Assembly: GCA_965261395.1 (NCBI GenBank)
Contig: OZ253462.1
Coordinates: 5,152,001 to 5,216,000 of the forward strand
Direction of reading: 5' to 3'
DNA: 64,000 nt
From: Candidatus Latescibacterota bacterium
Lineage (GTDB): Bacteria > Latescibacterota > UBA2968 > UBA8231
Notes under the pieces: generated by a model
What the model was told of the DNA's origin: nothing
The model's database searches: none
The model's input: the letters and a program-made list of their open reading frames with translations, nothing else
Made by a program: the position numbers and the translations under genes
Shown here: positions 7,701-16,202 of the stretch, piece by piece
Layout: the number at the start of each line of letters is the position of its first letter
Numbering within the stretch: the first letter of the stretch is position 1

Positions 7701-10050
7701 GATCCTCCAACTCTTGCAGTCGGTCTGCGAGCTTTTGTTCCAATTGCTGTCCAATATCATTTAACCGCCCGAACAGAGGTCCGAAGCACAAAGGATCTTC
7801 AACAGCCACTAGTTCCAATTCAGTAGTGAGACCGGCGCGCTCTTCTTCAAAGAGCAACCCATCCACCACCCTCTGTTCGATAGCCCCCTTCACTTCGTTG
7901 ACTCGGTCCGCTAGCGCCGCCCGGACACCCTTGAGATTATCGTCGTTTAGGTCTTCGATCTCTCGGCGATCTTCATCGTTCTCCAACGCATTCCACAATA
8001 CGTCGGTGAAGCGAAAATCCTGGCTTTCAATCCGCAGGATGCAAGCCTCGCGGGGAGAGCGTCCCACAGCCAGAGATTGACGCAAGGCCTCAGCAATATT
8101 GGCCCTATAGGCCTCTTCAGGATGGCCCTCTTCGTCGAGGGGGATTTCGGGCATCCACAACAGGCGGCGGGCTAAAGCCTCCTCCAGTGAGCCATTTTCG
8201 CGCTTCATCCATACCTCGAGGTCTTCAATATCGGGCTGCTCCTCTATGCCTAGCATACCTGTTACTTGGCCTATGGCCCGCTGCAGAACACGGCCCAAAG
8301 CGGCTTTTTCCTGGGGTTGGTCCTGCGCCTGCATTTGCTCGAGTTCGGCATTGACGGCGGGGAGGACATCCTGTACTTGGCGGCGCAAATCCTTTACATG
8401 ATCGCTCCACCAGTCGCCCTTGTAATGGGGGTCCTGTTTCTGCGCAATCAGGGAACACCAGCGGTGGGCCAGACCGACGGCCTCTTCGACACTGCGCACC
8501 AATTGATCACGAGGAACCCCTGTGATTGGTCTGGATGGGCGGGCAGATGTCCGCTCTTGGTCAATCTGGCGGATGAGTTCTACAATCTGCTTGCGCTCCT
8601 TGAAACCGCTCATGCACTGCCGGACCTGATCGACTTGGTCGGCCTGATTTTCAATTACCGGAGTGAGTAGGCGGGTCAAGTCGCCATCTTGGTCCACCAA
8701 GCGGTGCAGTACGTTTGTCGCCCTTAGCATTTTTAGCTTACGGTCCTGATTATTCTTTAAGAGGCGGAGGGCTTGCTCAATGGTTTCTTCGATGCCCTTC
8801 TCGCGAGTTTCCATGCCTTCGGCCCCCTTTAGATCTTCGGCCCGCAAGGGATAGCCCGCTGACGCAAAGGTGCGGACGGCATCGGCAAGCGTACCCAGCG
8901 CGGGATTGATTTCATCCCTTTGAGGGAGCCAGCCGACCAAACCGGTGCACTGCGGGGCAACCAAACTAGGGCGTAGGGCCGCAGCCAACCCCAGCAACCG
9001 CTCGGAAGTAGTATTTTGGGGAGCCCACTCCGAAGCAATTTGCAGGATATCGAAGACCAAACTGTCGGTATCGTTTTTCAACCAGCGCGACCCCTGAAGC
9101 ACGGCAAGCAATTCGGGGGCGACCAGTACGTCGCGGCCCGCTACTTTCAAGGAGCTAGCTAGCCAGTAGGCTCCGGCCCAATCCCCTTCGGCCAAGAGGC
9201 TCCACCCCAACGATACCCAGTGTTCATCGGAATCGTCTTCTTGCAACAGGAGTGCCACATCCCGGACCGAGCGCAAGGGCAGCGGCTTTCCGTCAGGGAG
9301 CTGAGGTTCAGGTGGGGTAGTCTGGATGTGCGTTGGCTCGTGCTCTTCAGACTGGGGTAAGGGTTCAGGCTTGGCTTCTTCCTCGGGAGAGCTGGACTCC
9401 TCTTGGGGAACCTCTGCAGATGGGCTGACGTCTTCTTCGGCTTTTTGCTCTTGATCGGAATCAGGGGAATCACTAGAAGGGCCTTGTCCGGGACTAGTCG
9501 GTTCCGGGGAAGGTTGATCACCCTCTTCGGTATCTTCATCCAAAATCTGTGGAGGCTCCGGGGTGGTCGCGGAAAAATCTTGGTCGAGTTGTTTCAACAG
9601 TGCGCTGATCTCAGCTTCCACGGCATCCAAGTCCGTTCGATGCTTTCTGGCTTCCTGGTAATTTTGGGGGTGTTGCTGGGTCAAAGTTTGGCGTTGGTCC
9701 AGTTGTGCCAGCAGGTTCTCCACCGTCTTCGTCCGCTCGGGAACCCACTTGATGGGACAGCGGGTCGCTTGCCAGTGAGCTAGATCAGAGTTATCGAAAT
9801 TAAAAAACGCGAGAGTTTCCTCGTGATTTTTCCGCAATTGATCGAGGGTCTGCTGGAGTTGGAACCGCCCGGCCTCTTCTCGTTCTTGGCATTTCTGCTC
9901 AGCTATGAGCTGGACTTGGTCGATAAACCCTTGGACTTGAACTCCTTCCCATTCTGGAGCATCGGAAGGCCACTGACTCAATTCCTCAATCAAACTAGTC
10001 CACTGAGTATCTTGGAGGCTCTCCGTACTCTGTGTCTTTTCGTCGGACAT
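4765..10050 (-). CDS. Large STAND-like AAA ATPase (1761 aa) with long helical/coiled-coil N-terminus and a second degenerate NTPase module
   Basis: NPY..YYGR pre-P-loop, Walker A GGRQLGKS (6739-6762), Walker B VLVMFDEAD, sensor VVFTG, TNYHP (GxP-like); later SLIFGSQALG and ATGGWP; GAGGA RBS. Confidence 0.85.
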   Translation of the reverse strand: MSDEKTQSTESLQDTQWTSLIEELSQWPSDAPEWEGVQVQGFIDQVQLIAEQKCQEREEAGRFQLQQTLDQLRKNHEETLAFFNFDNSDLAHWQATRCPIKWVPERTKTVENLLAQLDQRQTLTQQHPQNYQEARKHRTDLDAVEAEISALLKQLDQDFSATTPEPPQILDEDTEEGDQPSPEPTSPGQGPSSDSPDSDQEQKAEEDVSPSAEVPQEESSSPEEEAKPEPLPQSEEHEPTHIQTTPPEPQLPDGKPLPLRSVRDVALLLQEDDSDEHWVSLGWSLLAEGDWAGAYWLASSLKVAGRDVLVAPELLAVLQGSRWLKNDTDSLVFDILQIASEWAPQNTTSERLLGLAAALRPSLVAPQCTGLVGWLPQRDEINPALGTLADAVRTFASAGYPLRAEDLKGAEGMETREKGIEETIEQALRLLKNNQDRKLKMLRATNVLHRLVDQDGDLTRLLTPVIENQADQVDQVRQCMSGFKERKQIVELIRQIDQERTSARPSRPITGVPRDQLVRSVEEAVGLAHRWCSLIAQKQDPHYKGDWWSDHVKDLRRQVQDVLPAVNAELEQMQAQDQPQEKAALGRVLQRAIGQVTGMLGIEEQPDIEDLEVWMKRENGSLEEALARRLLWMPEIPLDEEGHPEEAYRANIAEALRQSLAVGRSPREACILRIESQDFRFTDVLWNALENDEDRREIEDLNDDNLKGVRAALADRVNEVKGAIEQRVVDGLLFEEERAGLTTELELVAVEDPLCFGPLFGRLNDIGQQLEQKLADRLQELEDQWTDMRQDLAQSSQADQLDAVEAFIQRAFDQRDTMVVEEGLVRLREILRGESEWFVPPDERDIFKEFQEAFPSIESGLSSLGNVNQLAGMIEQGQTWEGVPFGTLPQARRDEAAKALKAWHQLKRQQGQSKAAHRHIPVLLAYLGFHLPEGESVVRLKRSGQDGLYCQVDASASDLARPIPQLGSQASGCYNVVCLWEQPGAASIGAFLHDLGLDTKTVIIFFLGRLTDRRRRDIAAQARERELAIVVLDEILLVFLAKSDDTRLPAFLRCSLPYSALNPYTPFQAGNVPPEIYYGRDAMVRQLQNEGSCIVFGGRQLGKSALLRQVEREFHQPDSEQFAWVEDIKLVGDPLTGEQPVQLWIKLRDGFKKLSLIKDSIKATQPDNIIKHIKNAITESPQRKVLVMFDEADHFLNADAREGFQVVNGLRTLMQDTQSRFKVVFTGLHDVQRFNNIANQPLAHFGQNLLVGPLEARPARQLVRDPLRALGYRFVDETTVLKVLSYTNYHPGLIQYFCHELVRRLQAKRPSSGPPYEVRSDDVEAVYRSPSARQVIRERLDWTLALDPRYQCIAWAMICEQKETRDSYVRPFSVAELLKLAQEWWSQGFKEVDTESLRGLLGEMVGLGILVRNLENRYLLRSPNLVRLMGTEKDIENRLLELSDKSQPTQSQSDSQHLLLDAENRLYSPLTLVQEGRLQQTRSSGVSLIFGSQALGLELLDQALKRGSEIPAQELTQANRTCAWLDSHAQKQQGIEQVLAYGRLRGTGGDMAQCVWKVLEKCKDFNQRRRRPLQVVFFLNPEAVWAWLKLPADRRTDLENRADPIYLRRWDEVGIQQRLNQAGKLDSSEVCQKVLKATGGWPFLLDDLLRRCAVDDDPRSYAEMLVEEMDQPRSELGYKLLQQVGLDAQAEPFRVLKTLVECDKVSDADLETLGDLIEGDPPLTPEGCKAAVEFLRRLGCIGNRDGEYSAEPVLGRVAGLL

Positions 10051-10197
10051 ATCATATCCTCAATTCTATGTCTATTTGGTTTTCGGGTTGGAGTATAAAA
10101 AGAAATGGTATTTGCCCGTAAGATAGTCTGTCTGGTTTCGGGGATGTTCCCTCGACCCGGAGAGCTTCCTGCGGGTATACAATCTCTTCCATTTGGC

Positions 10198-10276
10198 TCA
10201 ATTCAGATGGTGGCCGATGGAGCGGCTTATCTCGTCGTAGCTCAACCCCCGCTCGTGGATCTCGGCGACTTCGTGG
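10198..10276 (-). repeat. Direct repeat copy 2: functional 3' end of the ABC ATPase gene
   Basis: Matches 3337-3415 at offset 6861 with three synonymous differences. Confidence 0.95.
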
Positions 10277-11706
10277 ACGATCTGCTTTTCCTTAAAGACG
10301 AGGATCCTTCCCGCCAAGCCGATGATCTCCGGCATGTCCGACGAGATCAAAATGATGGCCTTGCCTTCTTTGGCCGCCAAATCCCACAGCAAGTGGTGGA
10401 TCTGTGCCTTGGCTTGGATATCCACCCCGACGGTCGGCTCATCGACGATCAGGATATCGCACTCGGCCGCCAGCCACTTGCCCAAGCTAACTTTCTGCTG
10501 ATTGCCGCCGCTGAGGTGGTTTACCTCCTGCTCTAGGCCGGTGGTGCGAATATCCAGCGCCGCGACCAACTCCTGCGCGGCTTTGGTCTCCGCCCGGGCG
10601 TCGATCCGGCGGGTGAACTTGCCGACGATCCGCTCCCATATCGTAATGCCGAGATTGGTCCGCACGGCTGAGTCCAGCAGCAGGCCCTCTTCTTTGCGGT
10701 TTTCGGTTACGTAACCCATGCTGTATTTGTACAGGCTGTCGGCCACCGAGCCGATCCGCGCTTTGGCTCCGTTGATATAGACGGCCCCGCGCTCGGCCTG
10801 CTCAGCCCCCACCAGCAGCCGCGCCAGCTCGGTGCGCCCGGCCCCCACCAAGCCGTACAAGCCCAAAATCTCGCCAGCGTAGAGCGAAAAGCTCACGTCG
10901 TGTGCTCGGTCCGCTGCGTACAGCCCCTCGACCCTGAGCACCTCCCGCTCCCGATCCACTGCTGGCCTGCCAAACGAAGTCGTCTCCGCGCGACGGCCGA
11001 TCATCATCTCAATAAGCTCGGCGCGCGGCAGCCCAGCCAATTCCCTCGTGCCCACGTGTCGCCCGTCCCGCAATACGCTGACTTGGTCGGCGATCTGATA
11101 GACCTCGTCGAACTTGTGCGAGACAAAGACGATGGCCACGCCCGTCTCCTGCAACTGACGCAAAATGCCAAAGAGGCGGGCCGCTTCGTGCTCAGTAAGC
11201 GACGACGTCGGCTCGTCTAACAGCAGAACCCGTGCCTCGGCCGACAGCACCCGAGCGATCTGCACGAGCTGTTTGTGGGCCGCGCTTAAATCGCCAATGG
11301 GCGCTTGCGGGTCAACGTCCAGCCCGATCCGCGCCATCGCGGCCCGCGCTTGGTCGCCGAGCCGTGGCCAGTCGAGGCGGCCCCACCGGCTGAAGGCGTC
11401 TAGCTTGTCGAGCATGATATTCTCGGCGACGCTGGCCTCAGCCACTACTTGGATCTCCTGATGGACGAGGCCAATGCCTTGGTCGAGGCAGTCGCGACAG
11501 TTGCGCACGCGCAGCGACGCGCCGTTGAAGAGCATCCGCCCGGCGTCGGGCTGGTATATTCCGGTGACAATTTTGAGCAGGGTGCTCTTGCCAGCGCCGT
11601 TTTCGCCAACTAGGGCGTGGATCTGGCCCGGCTGGAACGAGAGCGACACGTCGTCCAGTGCTCGGACGCCGGGGAAACGCTTGCTGATGGATTGCAGTTC
11701 GAGCAC
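10198..11706 (-). CDS. Sugar ABC transporter ATP-binding protein (RbsA/MglA-like, two ABC domains)
   Basis: GENGAGKST, LLLDEPT, VSHK, LSGGNQQK, IVDEPTVGVD. Confidence 0.95.
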   Translation of the reverse strand: MLELQSISKRFPGVRALDDVSLSFQPGQIHALVGENGAGKSTLLKIVTGIYQPDAGRMLFNGASLRVRNCRDCLDQGIGLVHQEIQVVAEASVAENIMLDKLDAFSRWGRLDWPRLGDQARAAMARIGLDVDPQAPIGDLSAAHKQLVQIARVLSAEARVLLLDEPTSSLTEHEAARLFGILRQLQETGVAIVFVSHKFDEVYQIADQVSVLRDGRHVGTRELAGLPRAELIEMMIGRRAETTSFGRPAVDREREVLRVEGLYAADRAHDVSFSLYAGEILGLYGLVGAGRTELARLLVGAEQAERGAVYINGAKARIGSVADSLYKYSMGYVTENRKEEGLLLDSAVRTNLGITIWERIVGKFTRRIDARAETKAAQELVAALDIRTTGLEQEVNHLSGGNQQKVSLGKWLAAECDILIVDEPTVGVDIQAKAQIHHLLWDLAAKEGKAIILISSDMPEIIGLAGRILVFKEKQIVHEVAEIHERGLSYDEISRSIGHHLN

Positions 11707-11709
11707 GGA

Positions 11710-12723
11710 TCAGCGCGGCGGGCTAAGATATTTAGTCTCTAACTCGCCCATAATCCGCGTGGTGATGGCCATGATTTCGTCCTCGAAGGTATCGACGTTA
11801 TCCTTGGTCACCAGCACTGTGCCCGAGTTGACGAAGTAGTGGTCGGGATTGGCCTGCCAGCCGTCGAGCAAGTAGCTCAACAGCGCGCACGTGATGTAGC
11901 CGTGGCCATAGGGGTTTTGCGAGATAGTCGCGTCGATGGCCCCCTCGCCGATCGCGTCGAGTACCACCGGGTCCGTGTCGATGCCGACGAAGTGGATGCG
12001 CTTGTTATCCGGGGTTTGGTTCCACTCCGACAGAATGGTCGCCGCGGCCACGGTCGGCGTGTACCCCGTGCAAATCACGCCGTCGATCTCCTCGATCCGT
12101 GCCGAGAGCGCGCCCTGGATTTTGGCGGTGCTGGTCTCAATCGACTCCATGCCGGCAATTTCCTGGATGATCTGGACCGCTGGGTATTTGGCCACCGCCG
12201 CCTCGACGCCTTCTTTGCGCAGGATGGTGTTGGGGTCTTCGACCAATTCGAGCACGTTGAGGATGCTGCCTTTGCCGCCCATAAAGCCGATCAGCGCCTC
12301 GGTGGCCTCCATCGCCGCCTGTTTTACATCGGTCGCCACGCAAAATGAAGCGGGCGTCGGCAGCGTCGTCGGCGCTCCATAGCTGACGACATAGGCCCCG
12401 TGTTGCACCAATTCCTCGTAGAGTCCGTTGGCGGCGCTGGCGTCGGCTGGGTAGAGCGAGAAGGCTTTGTAGCCTTGGGCGGCCAGTGGCTCGACATTGG
12501 CGTTTTCGTTGTCCTGGGTCCAAGTCTGGCCGATCTGGCGCTTGATCTTGGTGCCGGTGTCGCGCTCGTAGCCGATCACCCCTTTTTGTACCTGTTCGAC
12601 ATAGGGATGCACCATCAGGGCATACCAGACGATTTTTTTCTCCGTGGGCTTGTCGCCAGATTCGCCAGACCCGCCGCACCCGACGGCAACGAGCGCGGCG
12701 ATCCAAATTAGTAGCAAACGCAT
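11710..12723 (-). CDS. Sugar ABC transporter substrate-binding lipoprotein (RbsB-like)
   Basis: Lipobox VAVGC; periplasmic binding protein type I motifs (FVGIDTD, ATISQNPYGHGY); AAGGAG RBS; first gene of the ABC operon. Confidence 0.9.
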   Translation of the reverse strand: MRLLLIWIAALVAVGCGGSGESGDKPTEKKIVWYALMVHPYVEQVQKGVIGYERDTGTKIKRQIGQTWTQDNENANVEPLAAQGYKAFSLYPADASAANGLYEELVQHGAYVVSYGAPTTLPTPASFCVATDVKQAAMEATEALIGFMGGKGSILNVLELVEDPNTILRKEGVEAAVAKYPAVQIIQEIAGMESIETSTAKIQGALSARIEEIDGVICTGYTPTVAAATILSEWNQTPDNKRIHFVGIDTDPVVLDAIGEGAIDATISQNPYGHGYITCALLSYLLDGWQANPDHYFVNSGTVLVTKDNVDTFEDEIMAITTRIMGELETKYLSPPR

Positions 12724-12738
12724 GCAGGCTGTCTCCTT

Positions 12739-14430
12739 TTAAGGTTTCTCAATATAACCAGATAACCATCCCTGCGCCCCTTGAGCCAATACCCGCTTTG
12801 GCCTGCCTTGCCGTCCGACCCCCAAAGCCACAAGAGACGCCGCCCAGCGCGTCTCGCAGTCGGCAATTTGGTCGGCTGAGCGCGCGCGGGGGAACACTTT
12901 AACTTGCCCGGGGGCGACGAGGCGGACATTGGGCTGGAAGCACTCTACATAACCGGCCGGCGGCGTGCGCTCGTGGGCCATCATGCGCTTGGCTGCCGGC
13001 TCGGGGGGCGTGCGGGCGATGACGTAGTCGTTGAGGCCGTGGATGTCGAGGATGTTGATGTGGGGCAGGTGCCAGGCCGGGATGCCGATGGCGGGAAAGA
13101 AAAAAACCGGATGGTCGGCCGAAGGCAGAAACTGACCCTGAGCACGCGGCGGGAACATCCCGGTGAGGAACTGCGCATTGGCTTTGTGTTCTTGGTGGCG
13201 GATGCAGACAAAGCGGTCGATGAGCCAGTATTGCAGATCGTCAAAAGCAGCGGCGTACCAGCGGATTGGAGCGGGAAAGTGAGGGGCCACAGGCACTTTG
13301 AGTTGCAAGGTCTGGCCGCGGCTGGTGATGTCGCGAGTCTGGGACCAATGGATCCAAGGAATCGGCCAGGAGAGCACCACCGCGAGGCCGAGGGCAGCAA
13401 GCGCTTTTTTTGGTTGGACTCCCACGGCGTTTAAGCACCACGCAAAGGCGAGGTAGCACAAAGGCACCAAGTGCGCGTAGATCCGGTACTCAAAGTGGTC
13501 GCCGCCGTGAACGAACGTGTAGTACGCAGCGTGTCCGCACAGTGTAAGCGCGGCCAGCAGCCCATGCCAAGACGGCCTGAGCACCTCCTTCTTTTTCCAT
13601 AGCACATAGACCAAAAGCAGACCCCACGTCCACAAGGCGTATTCGAGGGCAAAAGAGAGCGCGTAGCGGAGGCCGCTGGCCGGCCAAGCTCCGACAGCTT
13701 TGGCGTAGTAGGTATTGGGCAGCCATTCGCCGTAGAAGCTCTGACGCCAGATCAGATGCAGTGGCGCGACCAGCAGGGGCAGAGCTTGGGTGAGCCGCCC
13801 AGCGGGATAGCAGCCGGTGCGCCAAGCCCACAAGAGCGCGACAGCCGTGGCACCGAGGAAGAGCAGACCATCGGGCCGCGTCAGATAGATACCAGCGGCA
13901 GCGGCGGAAATGGCTAAAGGCCATCTTTGGTGGCTAGGAGCAACAAAAGCGCAAGCGTAGGTCCAAGCGAGCACCAAGCAACCAAACAGCGCCGTTTCCA
14001 AGCCCGAACTGCTCCAAGCCAAAAAGGTGCGGTTGGTAGTCACCGCGAGCAGCAAGAGGGAGAGGAAGACCAAGCGATAGGGGCGCAGCCCAGGCGACCA
14101 AGGCAAGCGCAGCAGCATCTGTGAAGCGATGTACAGCGAGCACAGCGCAAAGCACAGGGCGAGATAGTTGGCCGCCTCGGGAGGGTCAACGCCCAAGATC
14201 TGCCAAACCCCATAGAGCAGGGCGATCCACAGAAAATTGGTGTAGCCTTCAACCGGACGAAACGGGGGCGGGTTCCACACCGGGCCGTAGCCCAAAGCCC
14301 AGTTGCTTATGTAGCGGAAGGAAATGTAGGCATCGTCGGTGAGGAACCAGTACAGTTTCCAGCCATAGCAGAGCACGGCACCAGCTAACAGCAGGAGCAA
14401 AGCGTAGAGCAGGCGTTGGCGCTGGTTCAT
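12739..14430 (-). CDS. GT-C superfamily membrane glycosyltransferase (AftB/PMT-like)
   Basis: DDAYISFRY..N..G.G.VWN...VEGYTNFLW, SSGLET, TRPDG, PNTYYAK, DIHGLND; ATG 14430 overlaps the upstream stop. Confidence 0.75.
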   Translation of the reverse strand: MNQRQRLLYALLLLLAGAVLCYGWKLYWFLTDDAYISFRYISNWALGYGPVWNPPPFRPVEGYTNFLWIALLYGVWQILGVDPPEAANYLALCFALCSLYIASQMLLRLPWSPGLRPYRLVFLSLLLLAVTTNRTFLAWSSSGLETALFGCLVLAWTYACAFVAPSHQRWPLAISAAAAGIYLTRPDGLLFLGATAVALLWAWRTGCYPAGRLTQALPLLVAPLHLIWRQSFYGEWLPNTYYAKAVGAWPASGLRYALSFALEYALWTWGLLLVYVLWKKKEVLRPSWHGLLAALTLCGHAAYYTFVHGGDHFEYRIYAHLVPLCYLAFAWCLNAVGVQPKKALAALGLAVVLSWPIPWIHWSQTRDITSRGQTLQLKVPVAPHFPAPIRWYAAAFDDLQYWLIDRFVCIRHQEHKANAQFLTGMFPPRAQGQFLPSADHPVFFFPAIGIPAWHLPHINILDIHGLNDYVIARTPPEPAAKRMMAHERTPPAGYVECFQPNVRLVAPGQVKVFPRARSADQIADCETRWAASLVALGVGRQGRPKRVLAQGAQGWLSGYIEKP

Positions 14431-16202
14431 CGTCCGCTGCGGAATACTTGGTCGGCGGCCAAGTCGTAGTAGTCGGCCCGAGTACCATCCGGCCAGCGGA
14501 TTTCGAGATGCTCTACGCGGGCGCAAGTCCCCAAGCCAAAGTGGAGGCGCGGATCGCTGGCCGACAGATAGCTGCCACCAGCGGCAACGGTCCGCATCTG
14601 CTGGTGGCCATCGCATAGCAGGCGGACGCGGGCACCGGCCATTAGCCCCTCCACCAAGAGCCAATGGGAACGAGGTGGCAGGTCGTTGCGGTAGAGAGCC
14701 ACCGGACCGCTGGCGTGGGTGACCAACAAGTCGAGGTCGCCATCGGCGTCGTAGTCGCCATACGCTGCGCCACGCGAGACCGCGGCCTGAGCAAAGGCCG
14801 GGCCAGCCGCCGCCGACACATCGCGGAACCGGCCGCCGCTATTGGCGAAAAGCTGGTCGGGTTGGGCGTAGCGGAGGTCTTCTTCGAGAAGCTGAATCCG
14901 GTCCATGACATGGCCGTTGGCGACGAAGAGGTCCAAGTCGGCGTCGTTGTCCGCATCGAAAAACAAGGTTCCAAAGCCCAGGGGGCGCAGGCTCGGATCG
15001 GCGAGGCCGCTAGCGGCTCCGCTATCGGTGAAGCGGTGAGCACCGTCGTTGCGATAGAGCGTATTGCTCTCGCGCGAGAAGTTGGTGACAAAAAGGTCCG
15101 GGTCGCCGTCCGCGTCAACGTCGCCGGCGGCCACGCCCATGCCGGCCTCAGCTTGGCCGTTGCTGTTGTACGCAGCCCCAGCGGCGAGCGCGATATCGAC
15201 GAAGATGCCGCCGTCGTTGCGGTAGAGCGCATTGCGCACTCCGTCGTTGGCCACGTAGAGGTCCATATCGCCATCGGCGTCAAAGTCGCTGGCCAGCGCC
15301 CCCAAGCCCTTGCCAAAGCGGTTGAAGACCCCCGCCTGTTCAGTGACATCGACAAAGGTGCCGCCGTCGTTGCGGTAGAGCACATCAGGGACGCCATTGT
15401 AGCGGCGCGGGCTGCAATAAGTGCGGAGTGCGAAGGGAATTTTCAGCAGCTCTTTACGCCGGCGCTTGGGGGTGATGGTGCCGCCGCAAACGCGGTTGTT
15501 GGCTGGGTAGAAGTCGAGGTAATTGGCCGCGTAGAGGTCGAGGTCGCCATCGTTATCGCAGTCGAAGAACAGGGCACTGGTGCTCCAGCGCGGATCCCCC
15601 ACACCGGCTTTTTCGGTAACATCGACAAACGCGCCACCATCGTTGCGATAGAGGACGTTGGGGCCGTAGTTGGTGACGTAGAGGTCTGGGTCGCCATCCG
15701 CGTCAAAGTCGCCGACGGCCACGCCCATGCCATAGCCGGTATCGCCCGCCCCGGCTGCACCTTCTACCGCGCAGAATGTCCCGTCTCCCTCGTTGCGGTA
15801 GAGTCTATTTCCCTTGGATGGATGGGTGGTGGCCGAGGCAACTTGGTAGGCACTCTCATCAACTAGCCCCTTGAAGCTCAGACTGGGCCGGTAGTCCTTT
15901 TCTACCCAGTAGTGGGTCTCATCGCGGTAGCTGAGGTTGATCGGCGGATACTGGCCGCGCAGATGCGACAAGTCGAATCCATCCACCAAGTAGATGTCGA
16001 GCCAGCCATCTTGGTCGTAGTCGAGAAAAGCCCCGCCAGCGCCCATGGTCTCAATGAGAAAGTAATCGCCCGCCGCGCCGTTGGTGTAGGTAAAATCGAG
16101 ACCAGTATCCTCGACCACCTGGAACGGACCAGGAAGGGCGGGTGGAGCAGGCTCGCAGGCGGCGCAGATCACCACTAGCAGCAACAAGCGAGTCATTATC
16201 AT
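14427..16202 (-). CDS. CRTAC1-family (FG-GAP/VCBS repeats + ASPIC/UnbV) lipoprotein
   Basis: ETMGAGGAFLDYDQDGWLDIY, repeated DxDxDGDxDLYV, GGSYLSASDPRLHFGLG; lipobox-like ICAAC. Confidence 0.9.
   Translation of the reverse strand: MIMTRLLLLVVICAACEPAPPALPGPFQVVEDTGLDFTYTNGAAGDYFLIETMGAGGAFLDYDQDGWLDIYLVDGFDLSHLRGQYPPINLSYRDETHYWVEKDYRPSLSFKGLVDESAYQVASATTHPSKGNRLYRNEGDGTFCAVEGAAGAGDTGYGMGVAVGDFDADGDPDLYVTNYGPNVLYRNDGGAFVDVTEKAGVGDPRWSTSALFFDCDNDGDLDLYAANYLDFYPANNRVCGGTITPKRRRKELLKIPFALRTYCSPRRYNGVPDVLYRNDGGTFVDVTEQAGVFNRFGKGLGALASDFDADGDMDLYVANDGVRNALYRNDGGIFVDIALAAGAAYNSNGQAEAGMGVAAGDVDADGDPDLFVTNFSRESNTLYRNDGAHRFTDSGAASGLADPSLRPLGFGTLFFDADNDADLDLFVANGHVMDRIQLLEEDLRYAQPDQLFANSGGRFRDVSAAAGPAFAQAAVSRGAAYGDYDADGDLDLLVTHASGPVALYRNDLPPRSHWLLVEGLMAGARVRLLCDGHQQMRTVAAGGSYLSASDPRLHFGLGTCARVEHLEIRWPDGTRADYYDLAADQVFRSGR

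Larger units (their letters stand above)
3416..10197 (-). mobile_element. Integrase-less genomic islet (6.8 kb) inserted at the 3' end of the sugar ABC ATPase gene
   Basis: Flanked by the 79-bp direct repeat; splits an otherwise tight operon; visibly more AT-rich codon usage; two cargo genes only. Confidence 0.85.
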
